Shown here: positions 1 to 9,629 of the stretch, piece after piece
Numbering within the stretch: position 1 is the first letter of the stretch
Layout of the letters: each line of letters starts with the position of its first letter
From: Candidatus Omnitrophota bacterium
GTDB lineage: Bacteria > Omnitrophota > Gorgyraeia > Duberdicusellales > Duberdicusellaceae
Length of the DNA: 64,000 bases
Assembly: GCA_021163425.1 (NCBI GenBank)
Contig: JAGGWS010000038.1
Location: 10,418 to 74,417, forward strand
Reading direction: 5' to 3'
Translations under genes and position numbers: made by a program
Notes under the pieces: model-generated
What the model was told of the DNA's origin: nothing
Seen by the model: only the letters and a program-made list of their open reading frames with translations
Databases searched by the model: none

Positions 1-702
1 TCCTTGATATAAAGCCTTTTTTAAAGAAACATTTTCAGTCAGAGGAATAAACTCCTCCCAAAGAACAGCTTGCTTTTTACTTTCTGAAAGAATTCTGTAT
101 AAATCTAAAACTAAACCATCAGAAATGTCTATCATTGAATTTATCTGGCAATTTTTCACTAACCACCGTGCTTCTTTAATTTTAGGAGAAAACTTAAAAT
201 TCTCTCTATACCCCAGGCCTAAAGCTCCGGTTACAAAAATTCCATCTTTATCTTTTGCTTCTGACCTTAAACTGAGGTTGTTTTTTTCTACATAACCTAT
301 ACACCAGGCATCTAAAAAAATAGTTTTAGCCCTGCTCAAATCCCCTCCCACCAGATTAAAATTAAACTCTTTAGCTATCTCCTCCACTCCTTTTAATATT
401 TCCTTTATTTTAGAAGAATATTTAGGAGGTAAAGCTAAAGAAAGACCTGCGTATTTAGGATAGCCACCCATAGAAGCTACATCACTCAAAACCCTAGCTA
501 ATGCCTTATATCCCAAATCTTTAAATTTTACCTCTCTTATTCTAAAGTGGACATCTTCAATTAACATATCTCCACAAAAAAGAAGAAATTTATCTCCTCT
601 ATCTATAACTGCGCAATCATCTCCCGGTCCTACCTTGACTGTCTTATCTTGAGGAATCTTCTTAAACTCCTTTAATAATTGGGGTTCTTTATGTTTTAAC
701 AT
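1..702 (-). CDS. thiL: thiamine-monophosphate kinase, 3'-truncated by window edge (ORF not in supplied track; translated by eye from the reverse complement)
   Basis: Minus-strand ATG at 700-702, then MLKHKEPQLL...GPGDDCAVIDRGDKFLLFCGDMLIEDVHF...YKALARVLSDVASMGG...LVGGDLSRAK...DGIFVTGALG. These match AIR-synthase-fold ThiL motifs (GDDCA, KAL..LSD.A.MG, L.GGD, G..IYVTG). The reading frame runs off the window start. Confidence 0.7.
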   Translation of the reverse strand, partial: MLKHKEPQLLKEFKKIPQDKTVKVGPGDDCAVIDRGDKFLLFCGDMLIEDVHFRIREVKFKDLGYKALARVLSDVASMGGYPKYAGLSLALPPKYSSKIKEILKGVEEIAKEFNFNLVGGDLSRAKTIFLDAWCIGYVEKNNLSLRSEAKDKDGIFVTGALGLGYRENFKFSPKIKEARWLVKNCQINSMIDISDGLVLDLYRILSESKKQAVLWEEFIPLTENVSLKKALYQG

Positions 703-1738
703 CTTTAAAGAGTTTTTCTATATTCTTTCCCAAAGGTTGAGCTATTATTCCTTTATCAGTGATAATAGCAGTAATAAGTTCAGGAGGAGTAACATCAAAA
801 GCAGGATTATAGGCTTTAACCTTTTCAGGAGCCACAGATTTACCTCCAAAGGTCTTTACTTCCTGAGGATTTCTTTCTTCTATGGGGATATCCTCTCCTT
901 TATCTAAACTTAAGTCAAAGCTGGAAATTGGCCCAGCTACATAAAAAGGTATTTTGTGATATCTGGCTAAAACTGCTAAATTGTAAGTTCCAATCTTGTT
1001 GGCAGTAAAACCTTTCTTAGTTATCCTGTCAGCACCTACAATAACTTTGGTAATCTTACCCTTAGCCATTAAAGAACCAGCCATATTATCGCAGATTAAA
1101 ATCACCTCAATACCTCGACAAGAAAGCTCCCAACAAGTTAACCTTGCTCCTTGTAAAAGAGGCCTGGTTTCATCAGCATATACTTTTATATTAGGATATT
1201 TTTTATAAGCCTTATATATTATAGATAAAGCTGTTCCTTCTCCTGAAGTAGCCAAGAAACCTGTATTACAATGAGTAAGGATAGAATCTGTGGGTTTAAT
1301 CAATTTTACTCCTGCTTGGGCAATCCTTTCACAAAGCTGAATATCTTCCTTATGAATAGTCTGGGCTTCCTTTTTTATTATCTCTTTAAGACTCTCTACA
1401 TCTTTATCTAAATTCATAAGAACCTTTCTTCTTATCCTCTCCAAAGCCCAGGAAAGATTTACTGCTGTGGGTCGAGAATTTCTTAAATACTCTATATTCT
1501 TATCAAGAATCTTAAGAAAGGTCTGGGTGGATTTTACTTTTAAGTTTTTAATAGAGATAAAAAGACTATAACCGGCAAATACCCCAATCAAAGGAGCCCC
1601 TCTCACTTTCAACCTCTTCAAAGCTAAAAAAGCCTGATTTATATTCTTAATCTCTATATAACATACTTTCTGAGGCAGTTTTTCCTGGTCTAAAATTATC
1701 AGCCTCTCCTTTTTAAAAGAAAGAGAAAAGTGTTTCAT
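689..1738 (-). CDS. mtnA: S-methyl-5-thioribose-1-phosphate isomerase (eIF-2B alpha/beta/delta family)
   Basis: 349 aa with RVRGAPLIGVFAGYSL and RPTAVNLSWAL motifs typical of MtnA/eIF2B-like isomerases. Confidence 0.7.
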   Translation of the reverse strand: MKHFSLSFKKERLIILDQEKLPQKVCYIEIKNINQAFLALKRLKVRGAPLIGVFAGYSLFISIKNLKVKSTQTFLKILDKNIEYLRNSRPTAVNLSWALERIRRKVLMNLDKDVESLKEIIKKEAQTIHKEDIQLCERIAQAGVKLIKPTDSILTHCNTGFLATSGEGTALSIIYKAYKKYPNIKVYADETRPLLQGARLTCWELSCRGIEVILICDNMAGSLMAKGKITKVIVGADRITKKGFTANKIGTYNLAVLARYHKIPFYVAGPISSFDLSLDKGEDIPIEERNPQEVKTFGGKSVAPEKVKAYNPAFDVTPPELITAIITDKGIIAQPLGKNIEKLFKDVKT

Positions 1739-2036
1739 CTCTTCTGCATCCTTAAGACTTAAAAATTTTAATTATCTCTATAATTTCTCCCAGTTTCTTA
1801 TCCTGGCTAATTAAATCTGCATATTTTTTATAACTTCCTTGTTAAATTCCTGAGCATAATGAGGGTGAAAACCTAAAGAAAAAAGGGATGTTTCTAACTC
1901 TGAAGAAAAATCAGGAAAAGAAAGGTGGCAATGGCAATCTACTAACATTATTCAGAATTTAACACTGCCCACTCAGAATTCTCATTAAAATAAATCACAA
2001 TAGCTAAAAAGACTTAATTCAACTATTAAAAACTAC

Positions 2037-3581
2037 TTAGATGTTTTCTATTCTAGGAAAAAGAGGAGGAAGTTTTCTTATCTTTATACCCTCACTGAGA
2101 AGTCCCCATTTTGTCTCTTCAAAAAGATTAGCTCTTCTTAACTCTTTCTCTAAACCTAACTGGATATATATAGATTGAGCTGTGTCGGGAATAAAAGGAT
2201 AAAGATAAACAGCTATTATCCTTATAGCTTCTAACAAAGAATATATAAAATTTTCTAAGACTTCTCTCTTTTTTTCTTTGAATAAAATCCAGGGTTTTCT
2301 TTCTTCTACCGACTTATTGGCAACTTTAACTAACTCCCAGACATTTTCTAAAGCCTGAAAAAAATCTACTCTCTTCATAAAAGTAGTATATTTATCTAAA
2401 AGATTAACCACTACTTCTTTATATTCAGGTAGAGGCTCTCCTCTTGAAGGTATAAATCCGGAAAAATACTTTTCTACCATATTTAAACTTCTAAATACTA
2501 AATTTCCTAAATCGTTGGCTAAATCGCTATTTATCCTCTGAACTAAAGCTCTGGAGGAAAACTTGCCATCTAAACCAAAGGGAACCTCTCTTAAAAGGAA
2601 GAACCTTAAAGCATCTTTATCTACTTCCTTCACTAAATTTAAAGGGTTAACTATGTTTCCTTTAGATTTAGACATCTTTTCTACAACATCTTCCTGTTCA
2701 ATTAGCCACCAGCCATGAGCAAATACACACTGAGGAGGCTCGATATCTAAAGCCCTCAGGATTATCGGCCAATAGATTGCGTGCTGTCTTAAAATATCCT
2801 TACCAATAAAATGGAAATCTGCAGGCCAAAACTTTTTAAATTTACTCTCTTCATAAAAAACTCCTATACTACTTATATAATTTAAAAGAGCATCAAACCA
2901 GACATAGGTCACATAATTAGAATCAAAAGGAAACTCAATCCCCCATTCTAATCTTTGTTTAGGTCGAGAAATACACAAATCATTAAGTTTCTTACTCTTT
3001 AAAAAGGATAAAACCTCATTATACCTTGTTGAAGGCCTTACAAATTCGGGGTTAGACTCTAAATATTCTACTAACCAGCTCTGATAATGAGAGAGCCTAA
3101 AAAAATAATTCTTCTCTTTAATAAAATCTAAGGGCCGGCCACAATCAGGACACTTACCTTCTTTGATATCGGACTTAGCCCAAAAAGATTCACAGGGCAC
3201 ACAATAAAATCCTTCGTAGAGAGAATGATAAATATCTCCCTTCTGATAGAGAATTTCCAGAACTTTCTTCACTACTCTTTCGTGCCGGGCTTCAGTAGTC
3301 CTTATAAAGTCATCGTATTCAATACCTAAAACTTCCCAGAGATGATAGAAATTCTCCACCATCTTATCCACAAATTCTAAAGGAAGCAGCCCTCTTACTT
3401 CTGCTTCCTTCTTTATCTTTTGGCCATGCTCATCAGTTCCGGTTAAAAAATAAACTTCTCTTCCCGTTAATCTGAAAAACTTAGCTAAAACATCTCCAGC
3501 AACATTAGTATAAGCATGACCTATATGAGGAGAAGCATTTACATAGTAAAGAGGAGTGGTGAGGTAAATTTTATCTTTCAA
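2037..3581 (-). CDS. metG: methionyl-tRNA synthetase (short form)
   Basis: Class I HIGH motif (PHIGHAYT), KMSKS motif (KMSKSKGN) and the CPDCG zinc knuckle. Confidence 0.9.
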   Translation of the reverse strand: MKDKIYLTTPLYYVNASPHIGHAYTNVAGDVLAKFFRLTGREVYFLTGTDEHGQKIKKEAEVRGLLPLEFVDKMVENFYHLWEVLGIEYDDFIRTTEARHERVVKKVLEILYQKGDIYHSLYEGFYCVPCESFWAKSDIKEGKCPDCGRPLDFIKEKNYFFRLSHYQSWLVEYLESNPEFVRPSTRYNEVLSFLKSKKLNDLCISRPKQRLEWGIEFPFDSNYVTYVWFDALLNYISSIGVFYEESKFKKFWPADFHFIGKDILRQHAIYWPIILRALDIEPPQCVFAHGWWLIEQEDVVEKMSKSKGNIVNPLNLVKEVDKDALRFFLLREVPFGLDGKFSSRALVQRINSDLANDLGNLVFRSLNMVEKYFSGFIPSRGEPLPEYKEVVVNLLDKYTTFMKRVDFFQALENVWELVKVANKSVEERKPWILFKEKKREVLENFIYSLLEAIRIIAVYLYPFIPDTAQSIYIQLGLEKELRRANLFEETKWGLLSEGIKIRKLPPLFPRIENI

Positions 3582-4374
3582 GTTTACTCCTCCTTTCAGG
3601 AAAACTTATTCTTTCAGTGCGGGAATCTTCAAATTCTAAAACTGCCTCTCTCTTTAAGGGATTAATCTCTACAACTTTAGCTTTACCTTGAGAAGTATTA
3701 ATAAACTCACCTACCTTAGGCAGTTTTTTCAAAAGCTCCTTATAAGTGTTATATTCATAATTTAAACAGCACATAAGTCTTCCGCATATACCCGAAATCT
3801 TTGTAGGATTAAGGGGGAGATTCTGTTCTTTAGCCATCTTTATAGTTACTGGTTCAAAACTTCTTAAAAAGGTCGCACAGCATAAAGGTCTTCCACAAGG
3901 ACCTATCCCTCCAAAAATTCTGGCTTCATCTCTTACCCCTACCTGACGCATCTCAATCCGCCTCTTATAAATCTTAGCTAACTCTTTTACTAATTCTCTA
4001 AAATCTATTCTTTCCTCAGCAGTGAAATAAAAAATAATTTTGGACTTATCAAAAGAATATTCAGCATCTATAAGCTTCATAGGTAGTTTAAACTCAGAGA
4101 TTTTTTTCTCGCAAGTCTTAATTGCCCTTTTAGCCCTGACTCTATTATCTTTTACCTGCTTTAAATCATCAAGGCTCATAATTCTTACTATCTTCTTAAA
4201 AGACTGCCAGGACTTTACCGAATCTTCTTCTACCTCAGAAATAACCTGTCCATAATCTAAACCCCTTTCTGCCTCTACAACTACATAATCACCAACATTT
4301 ACTTCCAAGTCTTCACAAATAAAATAACCTGTCAACCCAACCTCTCTTAATCTTACAGCTACTATCTTCTTCAT
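3571..4374 (-). CDS. ricT: PSP1-domain protein RicT/YaaT-like
   Basis: GPCGRPLCCATFL...CGRLMCCLNYE cysteine-rich PSP1 C-terminal signature. Sits in the conserved tmk-holB-yaaT arrangement. Confidence 0.75.
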   Translation of the reverse strand: MKKIVAVRLREVGLTGYFICEDLEVNVGDYVVVEAERGLDYGQVISEVEEDSVKSWQSFKKIVRIMSLDDLKQVKDNRVRAKRAIKTCEKKISEFKLPMKLIDAEYSFDKSKIIFYFTAEERIDFRELVKELAKIYKRRIEMRQVGVRDEARIFGGIGPCGRPLCCATFLRSFEPVTIKMAKEQNLPLNPTKISGICGRLMCCLNYEYNTYKELLKKLPKVGEFINTSQGKAKVVEINPLKREAVLEFEDSRTERISFPERRSKLER

Positions 4375-4376
4375 AA

Positions 4377-5276
4377 TTAAGCTAAGACAGCCCTTATTAA
4401 ATTATTAGCCAGATTAATATTAATATTATCTAAACTCTGATAAATAATAAATAACTCTTTAATTTTTTCCTCTAAATCTCTAAGAGAAAAATTTTGAGAA
4501 TAATTTTTTATCTTAAACTCTAAATCAGAATTTATAATTTTATCTTTGAAGCCGGCTTTAAAAATTAAACAGTCTCTTAAAAAATACATTAACAAAAATA
4601 CAGCCTCTTTCAAAGAATTCCTTTCTTCTTCTTTAAAATCAGAAAACGAACCTTTTAAGAAATTCCTTTTTTCTAAATAAAACTCTCTGTCCTTTAAAAA
4701 AGAAAGTCTGCCGTCAAAAATCTTTAAAAAAAAGTCTGATTCTCTTTCAGGCATCCCAATTTTTAGACTAAGTTTTTTCACCTGGAGAAAACTCAGTTTA
4801 AAATATATCCTCTGAGACCGGGAAATTATGGCAGGAGCAATATTTTGAGGGAGAGCAGTAATTAAAAATATCAAAGTATTAACCGGCGGTTCTTCTAAAG
4901 TCTTAAGTAAGGCTGAAGAAGCTTCGGTTGTTAACTTATCAGCAGAATCAATTATTACTACCTTATAAGGCAAAGAGAAATTTTTAAACTGAATTCTTCT
5001 CTGAATTTCTCTTATCTCATCAATCCCTATAGAGTTTTTAGGATTAACTTCTATTATATCTAAAGATAACCCTTTTAAAATATTAAGACAATTAGAGCAA
5101 TTAAAACAGGGAGGCTGAGAATTTAGACAATTAATAAGAAGAGCTATATACTTGGCAACTTTCTTCTTACCTATACCTTCTTCTCCAATAAAAAGATAGA
5201 GAGAACCTAACCTCTTGTTTTTGTAGAGGAGTTTAAAATAATCTATTATCTTTTTATGCCCTATTATCTCTTCCAT
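4377..5276 (-). CDS. holB: DNA polymerase III delta-prime subunit
   Basis: AAA+ Walker A-like LFIGEEGIGKKK followed by a CxxC..CxxC zinc module (CLNSQPPCFNCSNC). Position between tmk and yaaT as in Bacillus. Confidence 0.75.
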   Translation of the reverse strand: MEEIIGHKKIIDYFKLLYKNKRLGSLYLFIGEEGIGKKKVAKYIALLINCLNSQPPCFNCSNCLNILKGLSLDIIEVNPKNSIGIDEIREIQRRIQFKNFSLPYKVVIIDSADKLTTEASSALLKTLEEPPVNTLIFLITALPQNIAPAIISRSQRIYFKLSFLQVKKLSLKIGMPERESDFFLKIFDGRLSFLKDREFYLEKRNFLKGSFSDFKEEERNSLKEAVFLLMYFLRDCLIFKAGFKDKIINSDLEFKIKNYSQNFSLRDLEEKIKELFIIYQSLDNININLANNLIRAVLA

Positions 5277-5887
5277 TTCAAAGCATCTTTTAGATATTCT
5301 ACCATTTTTTTCTGGACATAAGAAATACTCTTAGACTTTATAACCTTTATCCTCTCAGGCTCTCTTTTGGCTAAAAGCTGGTAGCCTCTCTGCAAATCTT
5401 TATGAAATTTAAGAGACCTTTTTTCAATCCTATCTTTCTTCCCTTTAATTCTCTCCAATCCTTTCTGAGGGTCTATAGCCAATACAAAAGTCAAATTCGG
5501 CTTTACCCCCTGAGAAGCAAAATCAACTAAAGGCTTAATCTTATCTATTCCTAATTTTAAAGCATAACCTTGATAAACTAAGGTAGAGTCAGAAAAGCGG
5601 TCAGAAATAACTATATCGGCCTTTTCTAAAGCCAGCTTTAACTTTTCCTCTATAAACTGAGCCCGGGCTGAAAGATAGAGAAAGAGCTCAGCTAAAGGAG
5701 AAATTTCTCCTTGAGAATAAAGCAAGAGCTTTCTTATCTTTTCTCCTAAATAAGTACAACCTGGCTCACGAAAAGTCTCCACTTTAAACCCTTTTTCTCT
5801 TAAAAACTTAGCTAAAAATTTAAGATGAGTAGACTTTCCCGCTCCTTCTCCTCCCTCTAAGCTAATAAAGAAAGCTCTCTTTCTCAT
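5264..5887 (-). CDS. tmk: thymidylate kinase
   Basis: FISLEGGEGAGKST P-loop with the DRF/Y motif. 207 aa. Confidence 0.9.
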   Translation of the reverse strand: MRKRAFFISLEGGEGAGKSTHLKFLAKFLREKGFKVETFREPGCTYLGEKIRKLLLYSQGEISPLAELFLYLSARAQFIEEKLKLALEKADIVISDRFSDSTLVYQGYALKLGIDKIKPLVDFASQGVKPNLTFVLAIDPQKGLERIKGKKDRIEKRSLKFHKDLQRGYQLLAKREPERIKVIKSKSISYVQKKMVEYLKDALKWKR

Positions 5888-7323
5888 AAGGCTCTCCAGC
5901 GGGTTTGGCCTGAAGGTAGGTCCTCTAAAACTATCCCTTTTTCTAAAAGTTCTTTTCTTATTCGGTCAGCCTGAGCAAACTTTTTAGCTTTCCGAAGCTG
6001 GATTCTTTCTTTAACTTTTTCTTCTATATAATTTAGAAATTGAGGAGGTAATTGCCTCTCTTCAGGAAAGATAGCAAATATCTCTAATATTTTAAACAAC
6101 AAAGTTTTTACTTCTGAAAAAAAGTCAGGAGCTTCATTTAGATTCTTGTTAACTAATTCTATCAAATCAAATATTAAAGAAAAACCTTTAGGCATATTAA
6201 AATCATCATCCATAAAGTTAATAAACTTCTGATAGAGCTCTTCTACCTGGGGGTAAGAAAATTTTAAAGTTCCCTTTATAGAATAAAGTCTTAATTGCTC
6301 TGTGAAAATTAAAATCCTATCTTTTACTCTTTGAGCTTCTTTAATTTTCTCTTCAGAAAAATCTAAATTATTTCGATAATGGGAAGAAAGGTAAAATATC
6401 TTTAAAACATCTGAAGAATATCTTTTTATAGCATTTCTTAAAGTGAGAAAATTCCCTAAAGACTTGGACATTTTCTCTTTGTTTACAGTGATTAAGCCGT
6501 GATGAAGCCAATAATGAGCAAAATCTTGGGAAGTCTTAGCTTTAGCTTGAGCTATTTCATTCTCGTGGTGAGGAAAAACTAAATCTCTTCCTCCTCCGTG
6601 AATATCAAAAGTCTCGCCTAAATAATTTATAGCCATAACTGAACACTCAATATGCCAGCCCGGTCTTCCTTCTCCCCAGGGAGAAGGCCAACTTACTTCT
6701 CCCTCTTTCTTCTCCTTCCATAAAGCAAAATCCAGAGGGTCTTCTTTGTGAAAATCAGGTTCTATCCTTACAAAATTTAAAAGTTCATCGATATTTTTTC
6801 CGGAAAGCTCACCATAACTTAGGAATTTCCGCTGATACTCTCTTACTCTGAAGTAAACACTCCCTCCCCTCTGATAAGCAAAACCTCTTTCTAAAAGAAC
6901 TTTAACAAAATCTATAATTTGAGGAATATGAGAAGAAGCACAAGGTTCAACATCAGCTTTATTTATTTTAAGAGCTTCTAAATCCTGATAATAACTTTGA
7001 GTATAGTTATCTACTACTTTTCTCCAGGCTTCTTCTATAGTTAAACTTTTCTTTTGAGTTAATTCTTTAGCTTTATTTAATATTTTATCGTCAATATCAG
7101 TTATATTCCTTACAAACTTTACCTTAAATCCTCTAAATTTAAAGTATCTTCTTATCACCTCAAATATATAGAGAGACCTCCCGTGTCCAATATGACAATC
7201 ATCGTAAACAGTAATCCCACAAGTATAAATTTTCACCTCTCCGGGGTTGAGGGGTTTAAATTCCTCCTTCTTCTTAGTGAGAGTATTGTATATTTTTAAC
7301 ATTTCCTGGCGGTTTAAACTCAA
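5884..7323 (-). CDS. cysS: cysteinyl-tRNA synthetase
   Basis: HIGHGRS and KMSKSLGN class I motifs. 479 aa. Confidence 0.9.
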   Translation of the reverse strand: MSLNRQEMLKIYNTLTKKKEEFKPLNPGEVKIYTCGITVYDDCHIGHGRSLYIFEVIRRYFKFRGFKVKFVRNITDIDDKILNKAKELTQKKSLTIEEAWRKVVDNYTQSYYQDLEALKINKADVEPCASSHIPQIIDFVKVLLERGFAYQRGGSVYFRVREYQRKFLSYGELSGKNIDELLNFVRIEPDFHKEDPLDFALWKEKKEGEVSWPSPWGEGRPGWHIECSVMAINYLGETFDIHGGGRDLVFPHHENEIAQAKAKTSQDFAHYWLHHGLITVNKEKMSKSLGNFLTLRNAIKRYSSDVLKIFYLSSHYRNNLDFSEEKIKEAQRVKDRILIFTEQLRLYSIKGTLKFSYPQVEELYQKFINFMDDDFNMPKGFSLIFDLIELVNKNLNEAPDFFSEVKTLLFKILEIFAIFPEERQLPPQFLNYIEEKVKERIQLRKAKKFAQADRIRKELLEKGIVLEDLPSGQTRWRAL

Positions 7324-7475
7324 ATAAAACTAAGTCAGATTATACCTTCTTTTTAACTGTTAATCAAGTCCCCAAATAATCTCTGATTTCTGAGTTTTAT
7401 TTCCTAAAATAATAGTTGAAGTTAGGCTAAAGATCTAAATATAGATAACTCAGGGAAAAGGTTAAGAGGAAGGGT

Positions 7476-7934
7476 TTAAAAAATAGTTACTACACTTATA
7501 CAAAATATAGCTTCTTTGGATAAAGGAAGCAAGCTCTCTTGAGACTTTATTTTTATGTTTATTTTATCTTTAGAGAGTTTAAGAAGATTCTTAAGGCTCT
7601 CTCTCATCTTATCTTTGTAGGGCTTAAGTCTGGGTTTATCAGAAATTAAAGTAATATCTAAGTTATTAATCTTTTTATTTTTAAGTAAAGATAAAGCCTT
7701 CTTTAAAATAACCTTACTTTCTAAACCTTTATTTTTTTTATCCTGGGGAGGAAAGTAATCTCCAATATCGCCTAATCCTAAAGCCCCTAAAATAGCGTCA
7801 GAAAGAGAATGAAAAACTACATCAGCATCAGATACTCCCGAAAGACCTTTTTTATAAGGAATCTTTACTCCGGCCAAAATAAGCTCTCTTCCTTTAACTA
7901 ACCTATGGACATCAAACCCCAAACCTACTCTCAT
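7476..7934 (-). CDS. ispF: 2-C-methyl-D-erythritol 2,4-cyclodiphosphate synthase
   Basis: MRVGLGFDVHRL N-terminus and the SDADV...HS zinc-binding motif. 152 aa. Confidence 0.85.
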   Translation of the reverse strand: MRVGLGFDVHRLVKGRELILAGVKIPYKKGLSGVSDADVVFHSLSDAILGALGLGDIGDYFPPQDKKNKGLESKVILKKALSLLKNKKINNLDITLISDKPRLKPYKDKMRESLKNLLKLSKDKINIKIKSQESLLPLSKEAIFCISVVTIF

Positions 7935-8625
7935 AAAAATCCTTCCTATAAGATAAATAAAGATTGGCTAAAAACAAGTCTTCAGAAGTAGTTATCTTAA
8001 AATTGAAAAAAGAACCAGGAACTACCTTTACTTTTTCTTTAGCCTCTATCAAACAAGCATCGTCATAGACTGGTTTTAACTTAAACTTAGGCTGATTGAT
8101 AACTTTTTTTAAAACTTCCCAGCTAAACCCCTGAGGAGTCTGGATAAGCCAGATTTTTTCTCTCAGCAGAGTCTTCTTAACTATATTTTCCTCGCCTACC
8201 TCTTTCAAAGTATCCTGAATTCTTACTCCCGGTATTACTGCCTTATATTTCTCAAGAGCTTTTAACACCCTGGTAATTAAGTTCTCATCTAAAAAGGGCC
8301 GTGCCGAATCATGGACCAAAAGATACTCAGGGTCAAAATCAATCTCTTTTAAGGCATTCCATACTGAATCTACCCTTTCTCTGCCTCCTTTTACTATCTT
8401 CCTTACTTTCTTAAACTTATATTCCCTTATTAAGGAATAGGCTTTCTCAAAATCCTGAGTTCTCACTACTAAAATTATACTTTCTATCCGGGGATGATAC
8501 TCAAAAGTTCTCAGACTGTAATATAAAAGAGGCCTTCCTCCTAAACTTACAAAAGCTTTAGATGTTTTTCTCTTCAGCCTCTTACCCTTACCTGCTCCTA
8601 AGATAATTGCAGTAATTTCACCCAT
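7912..8625 (-). CDS. ispD: 2-C-methyl-D-erythritol 4-phosphate cytidylyltransferase
   Basis: AIILGAGKGKRL nucleotide-binding loop. Overlaps ispF as in other ispDF operons. Confidence 0.85.
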   Translation of the reverse strand: MGEITAIILGAGKGKRLKRKTSKAFVSLGGRPLLYYSLRTFEYHPRIESIILVVRTQDFEKAYSLIREYKFKKVRKIVKGGRERVDSVWNALKEIDFDPEYLLVHDSARPFLDENLITRVLKALEKYKAVIPGVRIQDTLKEVGEENIVKKTLLREKIWLIQTPQGFSWEVLKKVINQPKFKLKPVYDDACLIEAKEKVKVVPGSFFNFKITTSEDLFLANLYLSYRKDFYESRFGV

Positions 8626-8633
8626 AACTTATC

Positions 8634-9617
8634 TTAAGAAGCTACCTTAGTAAAGATTATCCTTCCACTGGGATTTTGTAAAATTGAAGTCACCTCTACT
8701 TTAACGGTCTTACCAATCAACCAGCGAGCATTCTCCACAACCACCATAGTTCCATCTTCTAAATATCCTACTGCCTGATTGTACTCTTTACCCTCTCTTA
8801 AGAGCTTTAAGGAAAATTTTTCTCCGGGAAGAAGAACTGGCCTCAAAGCTTCTGACAACTCATTAATATTTAAAACTTTAACTTTCTGAAGAGTAGCTAC
8901 TCTATTTAAATTGTAATCAGTGGTCATAATCTTAGCATCTAAGAGTTGGGCTAACTTTACCAATTTAGCATCAGTATCTAACTTTCCTTCGAGTTCCTGC
9001 TCGTGAATTCTCAGCTCTACTCCAGGAAGAGACTGGAGTGCTTTTAAAATTTCTAAGCCCCGTTGGCCCCTCTGTCTTTTTATGGGATCCTGAGAATCAG
9101 AAATAGTTTGTAACTCTTTAAGAATAAAACGGGGAACAAATATCCTGGCTTCAATAAAACCTGTCTTTATAATATCTACTATCCGGCCATCAATAATAAC
9201 ACTGGTATCTAAGAGAATTATCTCCTGATACTCTTGCTGTCTCTTAAGTCTTACATAAGGAATTACTAAATGAAACTCATCCTGTCCCCTTAAACCCAAG
9301 ACTAAACCAATATAAGCAAATACTATAACAAAAACAGTATTTAAACTCTCCACCACTGCCTCATCTTTTATAGGAAGAAAATCTACAATCCCGCTTAATA
9401 TTTTAGCCATTAAAATACCCAGGAGAAAACCAAAAACTGCTGAAGAAAGCCCCCTCAGAGAAATCTTCTTGGTTAAAGCCTCAAAAAAAGCTACAAAAGA
9501 AGAAATAATAAAACCTAAAATTATTCCTAAGATTGGGTTATCAAAATTTAACCCTATCTGATAACCTATTACCAGAGAAACAGCAATAAAAAATACTCTT
9601 ACTAACCACAAACCCAT
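8634..9617 (-). CDS. yacL: membrane-anchored PIN/TRAM domain protein (YacL-like)
   Basis: N-terminal transmembrane helices, a PIN-type core (LLDTSVIIDGRI) and a C-terminal TRAM-like beta domain. Conserved position between radA and ispD. Confidence 0.65.
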   Translation of the reverse strand: MGLWLVRVFFIAVSLVIGYQIGLNFDNPILGIILGFIISSFVAFFEALTKKISLRGLSSAVFGFLLGILMAKILSGIVDFLPIKDEAVVESLNTVFVIVFAYIGLVLGLRGQDEFHLVIPYVRLKRQQEYQEIILLDTSVIIDGRIVDIIKTGFIEARIFVPRFILKELQTISDSQDPIKRQRGQRGLEILKALQSLPGVELRIHEQELEGKLDTDAKLVKLAQLLDAKIMTTDYNLNRVATLQKVKVLNINELSEALRPVLLPGEKFSLKLLREGKEYNQAVGYLEDGTMVVVENARWLIGKTVKVEVTSILQNPSGRIIFTKVAS

Positions 9618-9629
9618 ATTAAAACCCCC

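Noticed and set aside
996-1208. Sixteen short plus-strand ORFs from the supplied track (996-1208, 4040-4255, 12306-12560, 15343-15537, 17101-17340, 17587-17883, 18101-18322, 23862-24074, 31462-31653, 35869-36297, 37691-37948, 40173-40529, 47399-47659, 47778-47969, 53811-54062, 60935-61153)
   Set aside because: Each lies inside, and antisense to, a longer minus-strand gene with clear family motifs. They have low-complexity, Ser/Leu/Phe-rich translations typical of antisense frames of AT-rich genes, and none has an RBS or a recognisable domain.
1739-2036. SAM riboswitch in the mtnA leader
   Set aside because: I could not find the conserved SAM-I or SAM-II core sequences by eye. It is kept only as a low-interest item for a covariance-model scan.
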